Below, piece after piece: positions 11,407 to 22,180 of a DNA stretch of 64,000 nucleotides. Source of the stretch: Proteromonas lacertae. Lineage: Eukaryota. The stretch's first letter is position 1. The number at the start of each line of letters is the position of its first letter. Below the pieces are notes generated by a model that had not been told where the DNA came from, ran no database searches, and was given only the letters and a program-made list of their open reading frames with translations. The position numbers were made by a program, and so were the translations under genes. The DNA is taken from the NCBI GenBank assembly GCA_002245135.1, contig NGBS01001194.1, positions 1-64,000 on the forward strand. The letters are read 5' to 3'.

Positions 11407-12492
11407 TCAAATCTCTTTCATCATTTCATTCAAATATTTTTTATATTTTTCTCTCCTTATAATATTACCAAATTTTAATCCATCACCATATTGATGAACC
11501 ATACAAGGAATACTTCCATCTTTGTTTCTAATTATCAAATCATCATCAGGTTCATAATCATTTCTATTCATATGTAAATCCAATCCTAATATTCTTACAT
11601 ATCCTTGTTCTGCTTTAAAAATAACTATTGGATAAGAGAAATTAGTCTTATTATATACAAACACATTCAGCATACCTTGATCACATGTCCATTCTTTATT
11701 TCTATTTTTAAAGTGATTGTCAATCATAAAATTAACATATTTTTTAATAAATTCTGTCATTTCATTTGAAGATCCAAATATTTGTCCAGCATTTATAAAT
11801 GTTTGATTTAAAATATATGATGATGGTTTAAATGGAACAATCCACAAATAATTATATTTTTGACATTTCAATGCATCTCTATACAAACAGTGTTGAGTTT
11901 CATGAGATAAATATATTCCTTTATCATAATTCCAATGAAAAGGATTTAATTGAAAAATCACATCTCTAATATCTGTTGTAAGGATATAAGAGAATTTATC
12001 TGAATAAACCTGTAAAAATACATTTAAAAGGAAAAATCTTACATTTGCGTAGAAGAAAAAATCAAAAGTTATATTTGGTATTTGATTAATTATAGAAAGT
12101 GGAATTGGATAATTGGTATTGTTTTCTAATAAATATGGATGTTGTAATGTAAAATAAATTGGAATTATATTATATTCTTTATAATAAGCATTATATATTG
12201 AATCACTTTCATCTAAAACAAAACATAATACTTCATTCTTATAACCTGATTTTGTTAATGTATGAAAAAAAGGTTTAACAACATTCCATTTGTATTTTGC
12301 TAACATACCAACTATTACAGTTTTTGAATCAATCCTTTCTTTTGTTTTGTAAATATAAGAATAATTACCTCTAACTCCATGATTATAAGTTTTTCTATAA
12401 TTTATACTAAATGATAAACTAAAATAAACAAAATAGGAATTTATAACTATAGTTACAACAATAAACTGACATAATTTTATAATACCTTTCAT
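11407..12492 (-). CDS. Type II membrane GT-A-like putative glycosyltransferase (paralog 3, closest to 6471-7604)
   Basis: Motifs TDIRDVIFQLNPF, HETQHC, INAGQIFGSS, CDQGMLN and NKDGSIPCMVHQY. Confidence 0.7.
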   Translation of the reverse strand: MKGIIKLCQFIVVTIVINSYFVYFSLSFSINYRKTYNHGVRGNYSYIYKTKERIDSKTVIVGMLAKYKWNVVKPFFHTLTKSGYKNEVLCFVLDESDSIYNAYYKEYNIIPIYFTLQHPYLLENNTNYPIPLSIINQIPNITFDFFFYANVRFFLLNVFLQVYSDKFSYILTTDIRDVIFQLNPFHWNYDKGIYLSHETQHCLYRDALKCQKYNYLWIVPFKPSSYILNQTFINAGQIFGSSNEMTEFIKKYVNFMIDNHFKNRNKEWTCDQGMLNVFVYNKTNFSYPIVIFKAEQGYVRILGLDLHMNRNDYEPDDDLIIRNKDGSIPCMVHQYGDGLKFGNIIRREKYKKYLNEMMKEI

Positions 12493-12546
12493 ACATATAT
12501 ACTAAACACAAATAATTATATTAATTTTAAATAAAAGATATGATTA

Positions 12547-13578
12547 TTACATTTTATTATGATAATCGATGAATTGTTTGTATTTTTCTTTTCTATATCT
12601 ACTTCCAAATATAAAACCAAGATAATATGCATGTACAATAGGAGGGATAGATCCATCCAGATTATGGAAATAATTATTGATAGGGGTAAAATTATCTTTC
12701 GTTCTTGGCACTGAATAATGTAACAACAAAGCATAGCCATATTCATGTTTTTTACTAATGTATTTACCTGTGTATTTCTTTGAATATATAAAATAATTTA
12801 AACTAGCTTGTTCTGCAGTATTAATATGTGTTTCATTCATAAATGAACAAAACTGTGTAACAAACTCTTTTATTTCTTTTGATGTACCTAATATTTGACC
12901 TGAATTTATAATTGGTCTTTCTAGAATATCTTTACTTGGATTATATGGTTTTATCCATCCATAATTCAATTCATCAGCTAATATTCCTTTCTTACCTTCT
13001 CTTATATAAATTTCTTGTTGAAAATATAATCCTCTTTCTTTATAATAAGTAAAAGGATCATTTTGAAATATAATATCTTTAACATCACATATTAGCATTT
13101 TATCAAATCTATTACCATATTTCATCAACCAAACATTTATTAAAAAGAATCTTATTGTATGATAAAAATAATTGTATTTCTTACCTATAATTGAAGGAAT
13201 ATGTTTTTGTAAAAAATCTGTTGAAATAGGATATACTGAATGAGTAGAAGGATAGTATGGATATTCATTCAGTAATTCAATACCTATTACTTTACCATTA
13301 TTATCAAATAATCCTTTGGTGTATAATATTGTCTCATTGTCACTGAATATTAATAAACAACTTTCAGGAGATTGTTTTTTCATAGTAATAAAAAATGAAA
13401 AAAGTGTTTTCTTTCTATATCCTTTACTTAAAACTATTACTATATTTCTATTGTTGTTTTCGCCTATTTGATTTTCATTTGTTGATGTTGATATTATATT
13501 AAATTGTAAATTAATTAAAAATAATATTGATAGAGATAATAGGAATAACATTATTAATTTTAATAATTTATTTTTCAT
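12547..13578 (-). CDS. Type II membrane GT-A-like putative glycosyltransferase (paralog 4)
   Basis: Motifs CDVKDIIFQNDPF, INSGQILG, AEQASLN and NLDGSIPPIVHAY. Confidence 0.7.
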   Translation of the reverse strand: MKNKLLKLIMLFLLSLSILFLINLQFNIISTSTNENQIGENNNRNIVIVLSKGYRKKTLFSFFITMKKQSPESCLLIFSDNETILYTKGLFDNNGKVIGIELLNEYPYYPSTHSVYPISTDFLQKHIPSIIGKKYNYFYHTIRFFLINVWLMKYGNRFDKMLICDVKDIIFQNDPFTYYKERGLYFQQEIYIREGKKGILADELNYGWIKPYNPSKDILERPIINSGQILGTSKEIKEFVTQFCSFMNETHINTAEQASLNYFIYSKKYTGKYISKKHEYGYALLLHYSVPRTKDNFTPINNYFHNLDGSIPPIVHAYYLGFIFGSRYRKEKYKQFIDYHNKM

Positions 13579-13589
13579 TTTTGATAAAT

Positions 13590-13820
13590 TTAAAAGAAAT
13601 TAATTATCATCCATAAACAACCATTATTTATGTAATGAACTCTTTCAATTTCTTTTATTTGATATAGTTTTTCATACTTCTTTAATATTAAATCTATCTT
13701 TAAATTAATAACCTCGAATAAATCTGAAACAGAAGCTATTTTATGTAATTGATAACCCTCTACAATCCCACTGTTCAATCGATTGAGCAAGTGCTGATTT
13801 TACAACTGTCCATCACTATA
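13590..13820 (-). pseudogene. Possible 3' remnant of a gene cut off by the repeat belt
   Basis: Short coding-like ORF without an ATG start, in the same orientation and spacing as the cluster genes. No family recognised. Confidence 0.3.
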
Positions 13821-13898
13821 TAAAAAAATTATAATCAAAATTATGTATTAACTGATTATTGAAATTAGTATAGTATAATCAATCAACTATAATAACTA

Positions 13899-14377
13899 TA
13901 TTCTTAAAATATACTTGGCTTGATTCTTTTCTCAGAATTTTCTCGAATATATTCTTACAATTATATATTCATCACATTCACACTCACACCATATTCACAT
14001 TATCATATTATCATCATATACAGCTTTTAAACTATTCAAAAACAACTTACACACAATTTTTGAACACTATACTACAATAAACCATTAAACATTAGATTTC
14101 ACTGTTTTATATCATCTTTCATTTTATGTAACTCTAATATTATCGTTCACTCACTTTTACAATTACACCAAATATTATCATATATTCTATACATATTCAC
14201 ATATTTCATCATCACCATCATCGAAATACACATCATTTCACCATTATACTTCATAGTAATCACAAAAATAGCATTTCTTTGTTTATTGGGTTTGAATAAT
14301 CATTAGGCTTGATGAAATTTTTAGAATTTTCTGATTTTCAATCTATTGAATAATGAAAATAAGTGTATGTAGTTTTT
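13899..14377 (+). repeat. Non-coding repeat copy A (partial, about 480 bp)
   Basis: Matches about 17727-18230 directly and 14667-15170 in reverse complement, with substitutions and a short deletion. Confidence 0.92.
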
Positions 14378-14459
14378 TATTAATTTATTGTATGTTATCG
14401 TTTATTATTCATTATTAATAAATGAATATTGAAATAAAGTGAATAAATGGATAAATGCA

Positions 14460-15245
14460 TTACATATAAACAATACCTTTTAACACTATTACTAAGTACT
14501 TATTCATTCACATAAATCATTTACACAAACATCTCATATCACATATAATTCATCATTTTATATCTCTTTCATTGCTATCTCACACTCTTACTATTCTTTT
14601 CTTTCTAACAGTCTAATATATACATGCTCATATCATTTCATTCAACATTCTATTATTATATACATCAAAAACTGCATACACTTATTTTCATTATTCAATA
14701 GATTGAAAATCAGAAAATTCTAAAAATTTCATCAAGCCTAATGATTATTCAAACCCAATAAACAAAGAAATGCTATTTTTGTGATTACTATGAAGTATAA
14801 TGGTGAAATGATGTGTATTTCGATGGTGATGATGATGATGAAATATGTGAATATGTATAGAATATATGATAATATTTGGTGTAATTGTAAAAGTGAGTGA
14901 AAGATAATATTAGAATTACATAAAATGAAAGATGATATAAAACAGTGAAATCTAATGTTTAATGGTTTATTGTAGTATAGTGTTCAAAAATTGTGTGTAA
15001 GTTGTTTTTGAACAGTTTAAAAGCTGTATATGATGATAATATGATAATGTGAATATGATGTGAGTGTGAATGTAATGAGTATATAATTGTATGGAGTAAT
15101 AAAAGTGAAAATAAGAATATATTCCAGAAAATTCTGAGAAAAGAATCAAGCCAAATATATTTTAAGAATATTTTATTTATAAAAATCAAGATGAATAAAT
15201 GTATGTTGAAATATAGTGAAAAAAATGATATAGAATTGTATATGA
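14460..15245 (-). repeat. Non-coding repeat copy B (about 780 bp, left arm of an inverted pair)
   Basis: Reverse complement of 17652-18437 with few differences. Confidence 0.93.
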
Positions 15246-15459
15246 CAAATTTACATTAATAGTATTTTGAAGTTGCTTATTATTTAAATGTAGAGAGTAT
15301 GAATATTAATGAAATAAATTCTTTCGAAATAGATAGAATAATTTATTTTGAAAAATGAAATGTGAAAAATGTGTTAATAATAAATATATGAATAAAAGAG
15401 TTGTATGAGTAAATGTCTAGATATTATTGTTTGTTTATTGTTGTGAGATTATGGGATGA

Positions 15460-15697
15460 AAGTATTATTAACAATATAAAATGCCTATATTACTATAATT
15501 ATCAACCAATTTATTCAGACAGAAACCATTTTAGTTTATTTTACTTAAAATTACTAACAAAGAGGATTATTAAGATAATTGAAAAATATGTAAATTATGA
15601 TAGGGAGTATGTATACAATGATAAATGCCCTATGTATTATATGCCAAAATCGAGTTTTATTTTTGAAAATTTAAAACACCAGAGATGTAATAAGTGA
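15460..15697 (+). pseudogene. C-terminal SGNH fragment of an OafA-like O-acetyltransferase
   Basis: KCLYYYNYQPIYSDRNHFS aligns with KCYYIWDSIPIYMDNNHMT and CSLYNDGIEIYSDTNHLT of the two intact paralogs. The whole AT3 domain is missing. Confidence 0.7.
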
Positions 15698-15704
15698 ATT
15701 CTTT

Positions 15705-16988
15705 TTGAAGTATAACGGATGTGCAAAAAATAGTAGAGGAGTGACATTTTTAAATAATCACCAAATAGAAGAAGCAATTCAAAATGCCACAAAAATATCA
15801 AAGAAATTAAAAAATGTAGAATGGTATATTTCAAGTGATGATAATGAGATATTGATGAAATATAAATCAAAATATCCTGAATATGTTGTTAATGATATTC
15901 ATGAGAAAGTTCATTCCAGAGGATCTGCTTCAAGAGTAACAGATGGATTTATATATTCTGTTGTTGAAGCTCATATATTATCAGAATGTAAAATATTGTT
16001 TTTAACATCATCTAGTTCATTTAGTGGAATTGCTTATTATAAATCTAAATTATCAATTTATGTGTCAAAACAAAATTGTCCTTATAATGTAGTGTGTGAA
16101 ATAGTTGAAAATAATAATAAAAACTCAACAGGATATATGTATAGTGATTTGTTCAATTACTACAAACAACATGAACATAACAGCTTAAATATTGATGTGA
16201 ATCTATAACCTCAACAAAGATGGCCTAGAAGTTATAGAATATCAGAAGGTCAAGATAAAGATTTTCAGTTTGCAGTTACTTATCGATTGTATTATACAAA
16301 ACACAATTTTGCTATGACATATTTCACAGGTCATAATGCTAGTAGTATAATTAAATCAGCTATAAAGGCTTTGAAAGACTATCCATTCTCGTCAAGAAAA
16401 ACAGCTGGTGTGGCAGTATATGGTAAAAAATATAGAAATAGAAACAAGATGATAGAATTAATAAATAATTACTTGAATGTTGATAAATATGGCTCAGCAT
16501 TCAATAATCCATATCCAAAAGATAAAATTGACTTGCTTAAAAAATATAAATTTTGTATAGCAATAGAAAATTCAATTCATAGTGTTAAATGGGGTAAAAT
16601 ACATTCAAATGAAATTGATGATTATTATGTAACAGAGAAATTGTTGGATTGTTTTAAAGCTGGTTCAATTCCTATATATTTTGGTCCAAGAAATTCTCAT
16701 TTGTATTTTCCTAATAAAAAATCAGTAATATTCAGTGGAGATTATAAAAACTATGATGATATGATGAAATATATAGTTTCAATTAAAGATAATGATAAAA
16801 TATTAAAAGAGTATATATCTTGGACAAATTCATATAGTAAAGAATGGTATAATAGATTTGATGTTGATTATCCATTTACTATTTGTAGATTATGTGAATA
16901 TGTGAAGTATTACTATGTAGAAAAGAATCATGACAATGATAAAATAAAATTTGATAAGAATGATAATATAATTAAAATTAAAAATTAA
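15705..16988 (+). pseudogene. 5'-truncated fucosyltransferase-like domain fused in frame to a GT10 (alpha-1,3-fucosyltransferase) domain, interrupted by one TAA
   Basis: The first part resembles the C-terminal half of 4233-5245 (FLN, WYISSD, LTSSSSFSG). The second part has GT10 motifs (VTYRL, VDKYG, YKFCIAIENS, DYYVTEKL, IPIYFG). Both track ORFs share one frame, separated only by TAA at 16206-16208 (NL*PQ). Confidence 0.8.
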
Positions 16989-17651
16989 TTATTTAATAAT
17001 TTTATTTTATTTAATAATTCAAAAAATCAAGATATTTTTAGAATCAAATTAGAAAAATAAAACCAAGTTTATTAAATAAAAATAATTTATCAAAATCAAT
17101 TTAAAATAATGAGGATGAACATTCTTTTATTTTCTTGATAATTTGCAATCAAAATCAAGTAGAATTTTGTATCAAGTTATTGAGATGATATATATACCAA
17201 TTGTATAAACACAATAGCTTTAGATGAATTATTATGATTTTATAAAGAAGTATCTTTATACAATATGTTAGATTTTTTGCAAATTTATCACATTATGATG
17301 TAATAAAATATAAAGTCAAAAGTTATGATTAAGTAGAAAAGAATATCAATTATTACATGATTATTATTATTGCATAAATATTACAACAATAGAAATAAAA
17401 AAATTGAAAAAAATATTTATGATAGATTGACGAAATATCGTGATGATCAAACACATAAACTGAATATCTTAATCAACAATTAGATGTTAATTATTATTAC
17501 ATACAACTTTGATCATCATACTCCATCAGATAACTCTAACATACTTTTCACTCAATATTTCAGCAATATACTTCATAATAACCACAAATAAAACATTTCT
17601 TTATTTCTTGGCTTGAGATTTATTTGGGATTGAATTTTCATTATAATTTCA

Positions 17652-18437
17652 TCACATACAATTCTATATCATTTTTTTCACTATATTTCAACATACATTT
17701 ATTCATCTTGATTTTTATAAATAAAATATTCTTAAAATATATTTGGCTTGATTCTTTTCTCAGAATTTTCTGGAATATATTTCTATTTTCACTTTTATTA
17801 CTCTACACAATCATATATTCATCACATTCACACTCACATCATATTCACATTATCATATTATCATCATATACAGCTTTTAAACTGTTCAAAAACAACTTAC
17901 ACACAATTTTTGAACACTATACTACAATAAACCATTAAACATTAGATTTCACTGTTTTATATCATCTTTCATTTTATATAATTCTAATATTATCGTTCAC
18001 TCACTTTTACAATTACACCAAATATTATCATATATTCTATACATATTCACATATTTCATCATCATCATCACCATCGAAATACACATCATTTCACCATTAT
18101 ACTTCATAGTAATCACAAAAATAGCATTTCTTTGTTTATTGGGTTTGAATAATCATTAGGCTTGATGAAATTTTTAGAATTTTCTGATTTTCAATCTATT
18201 GAATAATGAAAATAAGTGTATGCAGTTTTTGATGTATATAATAATAGAATGTTGAATGAAATGATATGAGCATGTATATATTAGACTGTTAGAAAGAAAA
18301 GAATAGTAAGAGTGTGAGATAGCAATGAAAGAGATATAAAATGATGAATTATATGTGATATGAGATGTTTGTGTAAATGATTTATGTGAATGAATAAGTA
18401 CTTAGTAATAGTGTTAAAAGGTATTGTTTATATGTAA
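17652..18437 (+). repeat. Non-coding repeat copy C (about 780 bp, right arm of the inverted pair)
   Basis: Reverse complement of 14460-15245. Confidence 0.93.
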
Positions 18438-18439
18438 AT

Positions 18440-19596
18440 AAGATTGGTACAATAACAGGAACTCCTACAGTAACAAGAAAATTAATGACTTATACAATAA
18501 CTGGTATAGCTGCAAGAGATCAAACAACAAAGACATATACAATCCAATTGGAAGTAATTGCATCAACATGTAGTGTACATAATGGTTATCCAGCAACGAA
18601 TGTAGGTAAAAGATGTCAAATAGCTTCTACTGATGGTTATGTGGGTTATTCCTATAGAACATGTAGAGTATTAGATTCTAAACCAGTTTAGGGAGAAGAA
18701 GATTTAACACCAAATATAAAATATAATATATTAGAATGAATTTTACCTGGTTATCCTACTTTACCAGCTGGTATAACATTCAGTGAAGGTAAATTCAGTG
18801 GAAGACCATCCGAATTAATGAAAGAAACATTATAAAGAAATCTTAATGGAATTTATTACACAAATGTTTATCTTCAAATCATTTCCAATACATGTCCAGC
18901 TAATGGCGAATGAACAGCAACTTCTGCTTATATATTATGTAAAGATGGTAAGACAGGTATTCTTCAAAGACAATGTAGAGGTGATAATTACTTAAATCCA
19001 CAATGGCAAGCTGTAGATGATACAGATTGTAGAGAATATGTAGAAGATCCTCCATTAGTAAGTGGAAGAATAATCGCCAAGATAGAAATCGATTTTACAA
19101 CAGGTGTAGGTCAAGCAGTAAATCCTCAAGCATTTGTGATAATTAGAAATCTATTAATAACTCATTTAAGAAGTGAAGTTTCATTTGATGTTGATAGAAC
19201 GAATGTGAGAGATTAGATTGGGATAGAGCTAATATGGATATGACATCAAATTTAGTAAGAACAGTTGCATTTATTACAGCTCCAAAGAATTATCGAAATA
19301 CGATAATCTCAATTACATCGAATATCTTAAAATCTGATGCTTTTGAAAATGATTTACATTCTTCTTCACCTGATATGGCTTATTCCTTTGTAATTGTAAG
19401 ACAAACTGATATCTATGAATAACCACAAACTAGATCAGCTGCTAGTAAGACTGGAGAAGCAATTGGTATAGCATTTGGTGTAGTTATTGGTACTTTGATT
19501 ATTATTAGTTTAGTTGGTTATGCAATAATCAACAGAAGAGAACTTGTTGTAAAGACATCTCACCAAGAAAGATCTTCATTAAAAGCAACTGATTAA
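18440..19596 (+). pseudogene. Decayed type I membrane surface protein (Ig-like and Cys-rich modules, C-terminal TM)
   Basis: Segments GTITGTPT..TYTITG, CSVHNGYPATNVG..C..GYVG..YRTC, LPAGITFSEGKFSGRP and a TM segment AIGIAFGVVIGTLIIISLVGY. Several in-frame stops and shifts. The 5' end is cut by repeat C. Confidence 0.75.
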
Positions 19597-19729
19597 AAGT
19601 TGTTTGATTATTGGACTATCTGGCTATAAATTTGCCATTGAGAGAAATTATGTGTGTTGAATTAGGTTTAATATTAATCATAAGAGCAAAATTAAGATAA
19701 ATCTCTCTATGAATTGATTCTAATCTTTT

Positions 19730-20815
19730 CTTTAATAAATCTACGCAATTTAATTTTCGATTAAGTTTGATTCTATTTGTTTGTGTTAATTTATTGTTTC
19801 TATACCTGTTCTACATCATAATAAAAAGAAAGAAAAAAGAAAGAATCAAAAAGAATAAAAAGAATCGTTACTATGACTTCGCACAGAGTCCCCCACTGTA
19901 CTACTATCATAGCTCGTACAATCTTAACTTCGCAGTTCTGATGGGATGCGGTGCTTTATTGTAGATATGAACGATTCTGATTATTTTTTCACTCTTTTTC
20001 TTATATATCACACTCTCTTTTATAATTTCTTATAAACAACTGATATCATACTAATAATGAATTTATAGATAGAAAATCAATAATATATCAATCTATTAAT
20101 GTTATTATATTATTATCTATGCTTAATGATGATTTAAAGAGAAAAATAAAAAATGATTAAAGAAACGGCTAAATATTTATAAATATAAAAAATATTTTTG
20201 TGAAATTGATGTGTAAATGATGTTTAATGGTGAATATTAACATATATTAGTTAAGTATGGTCTTAATTTTATTTATATGGATAAAATAAATGAGGAAAGA
20301 GACAGATTGCAAATCCTTTTCAGAGTGGAACAACCTGATGGTGTTATAAAGATGTAGAAAATAGTTTAAATTTAAAAATGATGTGATTGAGCATAATTGT
20401 GATGATTTGTATAAATTGTAAATTTGTGTAAGATAAAATGAGTTTAAAGAAATAAAGATGTGATATTTGATTAATTTGAATGTTATTATTCCGATTATTT
20501 ATATGATGATGTAAGATAAGTGAATATAGAAAAAGTGATAAACAATAGTCTTGATTTGAAAGTTTGAAATATCTTAATATCTAAGAAGATGTAGTAGATT
20601 ATTTGAGGATGATATTATCTCTAGATTTGTATATATTGAAAAATAAAAGTTATTATTTGATGAATTATTGTAATGATATTTTGATGTGAAATAGAAATGT
20701 GATAATTTTGTATTTAAATGAAATACTCAATTGAAAGATTAATAGAAATGGTTATTGTTAATATTATAATATGATTTTATGTTTTATGATGATGGTTAAA
20801 AAGGAGGAGGAAGAA
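19730..20815. repeat. Left arm (about 1.08 kb) of the 5S rDNA palindrome
   Basis: Near-perfect reverse complement of 21189-22277. Confidence 0.95.
19861..19978 (-). rRNA. 5S rRNA
   Basis: Reverse complement of the 22026-22143 copy. Confidence 0.92.
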
Positions 20816-21996
20816 GAATAGAATGAAAGAAGTAGTTGATATAAATAATCCTTACAGAATTGCCATTGAAATTAGTTTGAATAATATTTAATATAAGTTA
20901 TGTAAGTGATTAATATATATATGGAAATTGGATTATGATTGGAATATTTTATATTTATAATAGAGAATGATGATAGAAAAGTTTTATATTTTATTTTATA
21001 TAATTAATATTTTATGTGTGTTGTATATTTGTATAGAAACAATTAATCTTTCATTATTCTTCTATTACAATATTTTTACATCTTACACACAAGAAAACAA
21101 TACTAACAAATATACAATGAAGGTTTAATAGAGTTTTATTTAATTAATTGTTTAAAATATGTAATTCAATTATCTTCTAACTATTTTTTTCTTCCTCCTC
21201 CTTTTTAACCATCATCATAAAACATAAAATCATATTATAATATTAACAATAACCATTTCTATTAATCTTTCAATTGAGTATTTCATTTAAATACAAAATT
21301 ATCACATTTCTATTTCACATCAAAATATCATTACAATAATTCATCAAATAATAACTTTTATTTTTCAATATATACAAATCTAGAGATAATATCATCCTCA
21401 AATAATCTACTACATCTTCTTAGATATTAAGATATTTCAAACTTTCAAATCAAGACTATTGTTTATCACTTTTTCTATATTCACTTATCTTACATCATCA
21501 TATAAATAATCGGAATAATAACATTCAAATTAATCAAATATCACATCTTTATTTCTTTAAACTCATTTTATCTTACACAAATTTACAATTTATACAAATC
21601 ATCACAATTATGCTCAATCACATCATTTTTAAATTTAAACTATTTTCTACATCTTTATAACACCATCAGGTTGTTCCACTCTGAAAAGGATTTGCAATCT
21701 GTCTCTTTCCTCATTTATTTTATCCATATAAATAAAATTAAGACCATACTTAACTAATATATGTTAATATTCACCATTAAACATCATTTACACATCAATT
21801 TCACAAAAATATTTTTTATATTTATAAATATTTAGCCGTTTCTTTAATCATTTTTTATTTTTCTCTTTAAATCATCATTAAGCATAGATAATAATATAAT
21901 AACATTAATAGATTGATATATTATTGATTTTCTATCTATAAATTCATTATTAGTATGATATCAGTTGTTTATAAGAAATTATAAAAGAGAGTGTGA

Positions 21997-22003
21997 TATA
22001 TAA
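21997..22003 (+). promoter_or_regulatory. TATA-like element about 29-23 nt upstream of the 5S gene
   Basis: TATATAA at a position typical of Pol III upstream elements, mirrored in the other arm. The AT-rich background weakens the call. Confidence 0.35.
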
Positions 22004-22025
22004 GAAAAAGAGTGAAAAAATAATC

Positions 22026-22143
22026 AGAATCGTTCATATCTACAATAAAGCACCGCATCCCATCAGAACTGCGAAGTTAAGATTGTACGAGCTATGATAG
22101 TAGTACAGTGGGGGACTCTGTGCGAAGTCATAGTAACGATTCT
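22026..22143 (+). rRNA. 5S rRNA
   Basis: 118 nt. Terminal helix AGAATCGTT/AACGATTCT. Conserved core GCACCGCATCCCATCAGAACTGCGAAGTTAAG and TAGTAC..TGGGGGAC. Followed by T-runs. Confidence 0.93.
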
Positions 22144-22180
22144 TTTTATTCTTTTTGATTCTTTCTTTTTTCTTTCTTTT
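22143..22180 (+). terminator. Pol III oligo-T terminators of the 5S gene
   Basis: Several runs of 5-6 T immediately after the 5S 3' end. Confidence 0.7.

Noticed and set aside
420..13578. Bacterial contaminant or prophage/viral insertion
   Set aside because: The region is contiguous with a eukaryotic telomere, the proteins have type II anchors, one gene has a spliceosomal intron, base composition resembles the rest of the window, and no viral hallmark genes are present.
14959..17938. Duplicated His/Ile-rich ORFs (14959-15189, 14967-15149, 17624-17938, 17748-17930)
   Set aside because: They lie within the non-coding repeat, start at TTG and reflect its base skew; copy A has a deletion across them.
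14460..18437. Autonomous DNA transposon
   Set aside because: No transposase ORF and no target-site duplication at the outer ends.
19594..19610. Blastocystis-type polyadenylation-created stop codons with a downstream TGTTTGTT motif
   Set aside because: Genes here have encoded stops; only a near match (TGTTTGAT) after one pseudogene was noticed. It cannot be assessed without transcripts.
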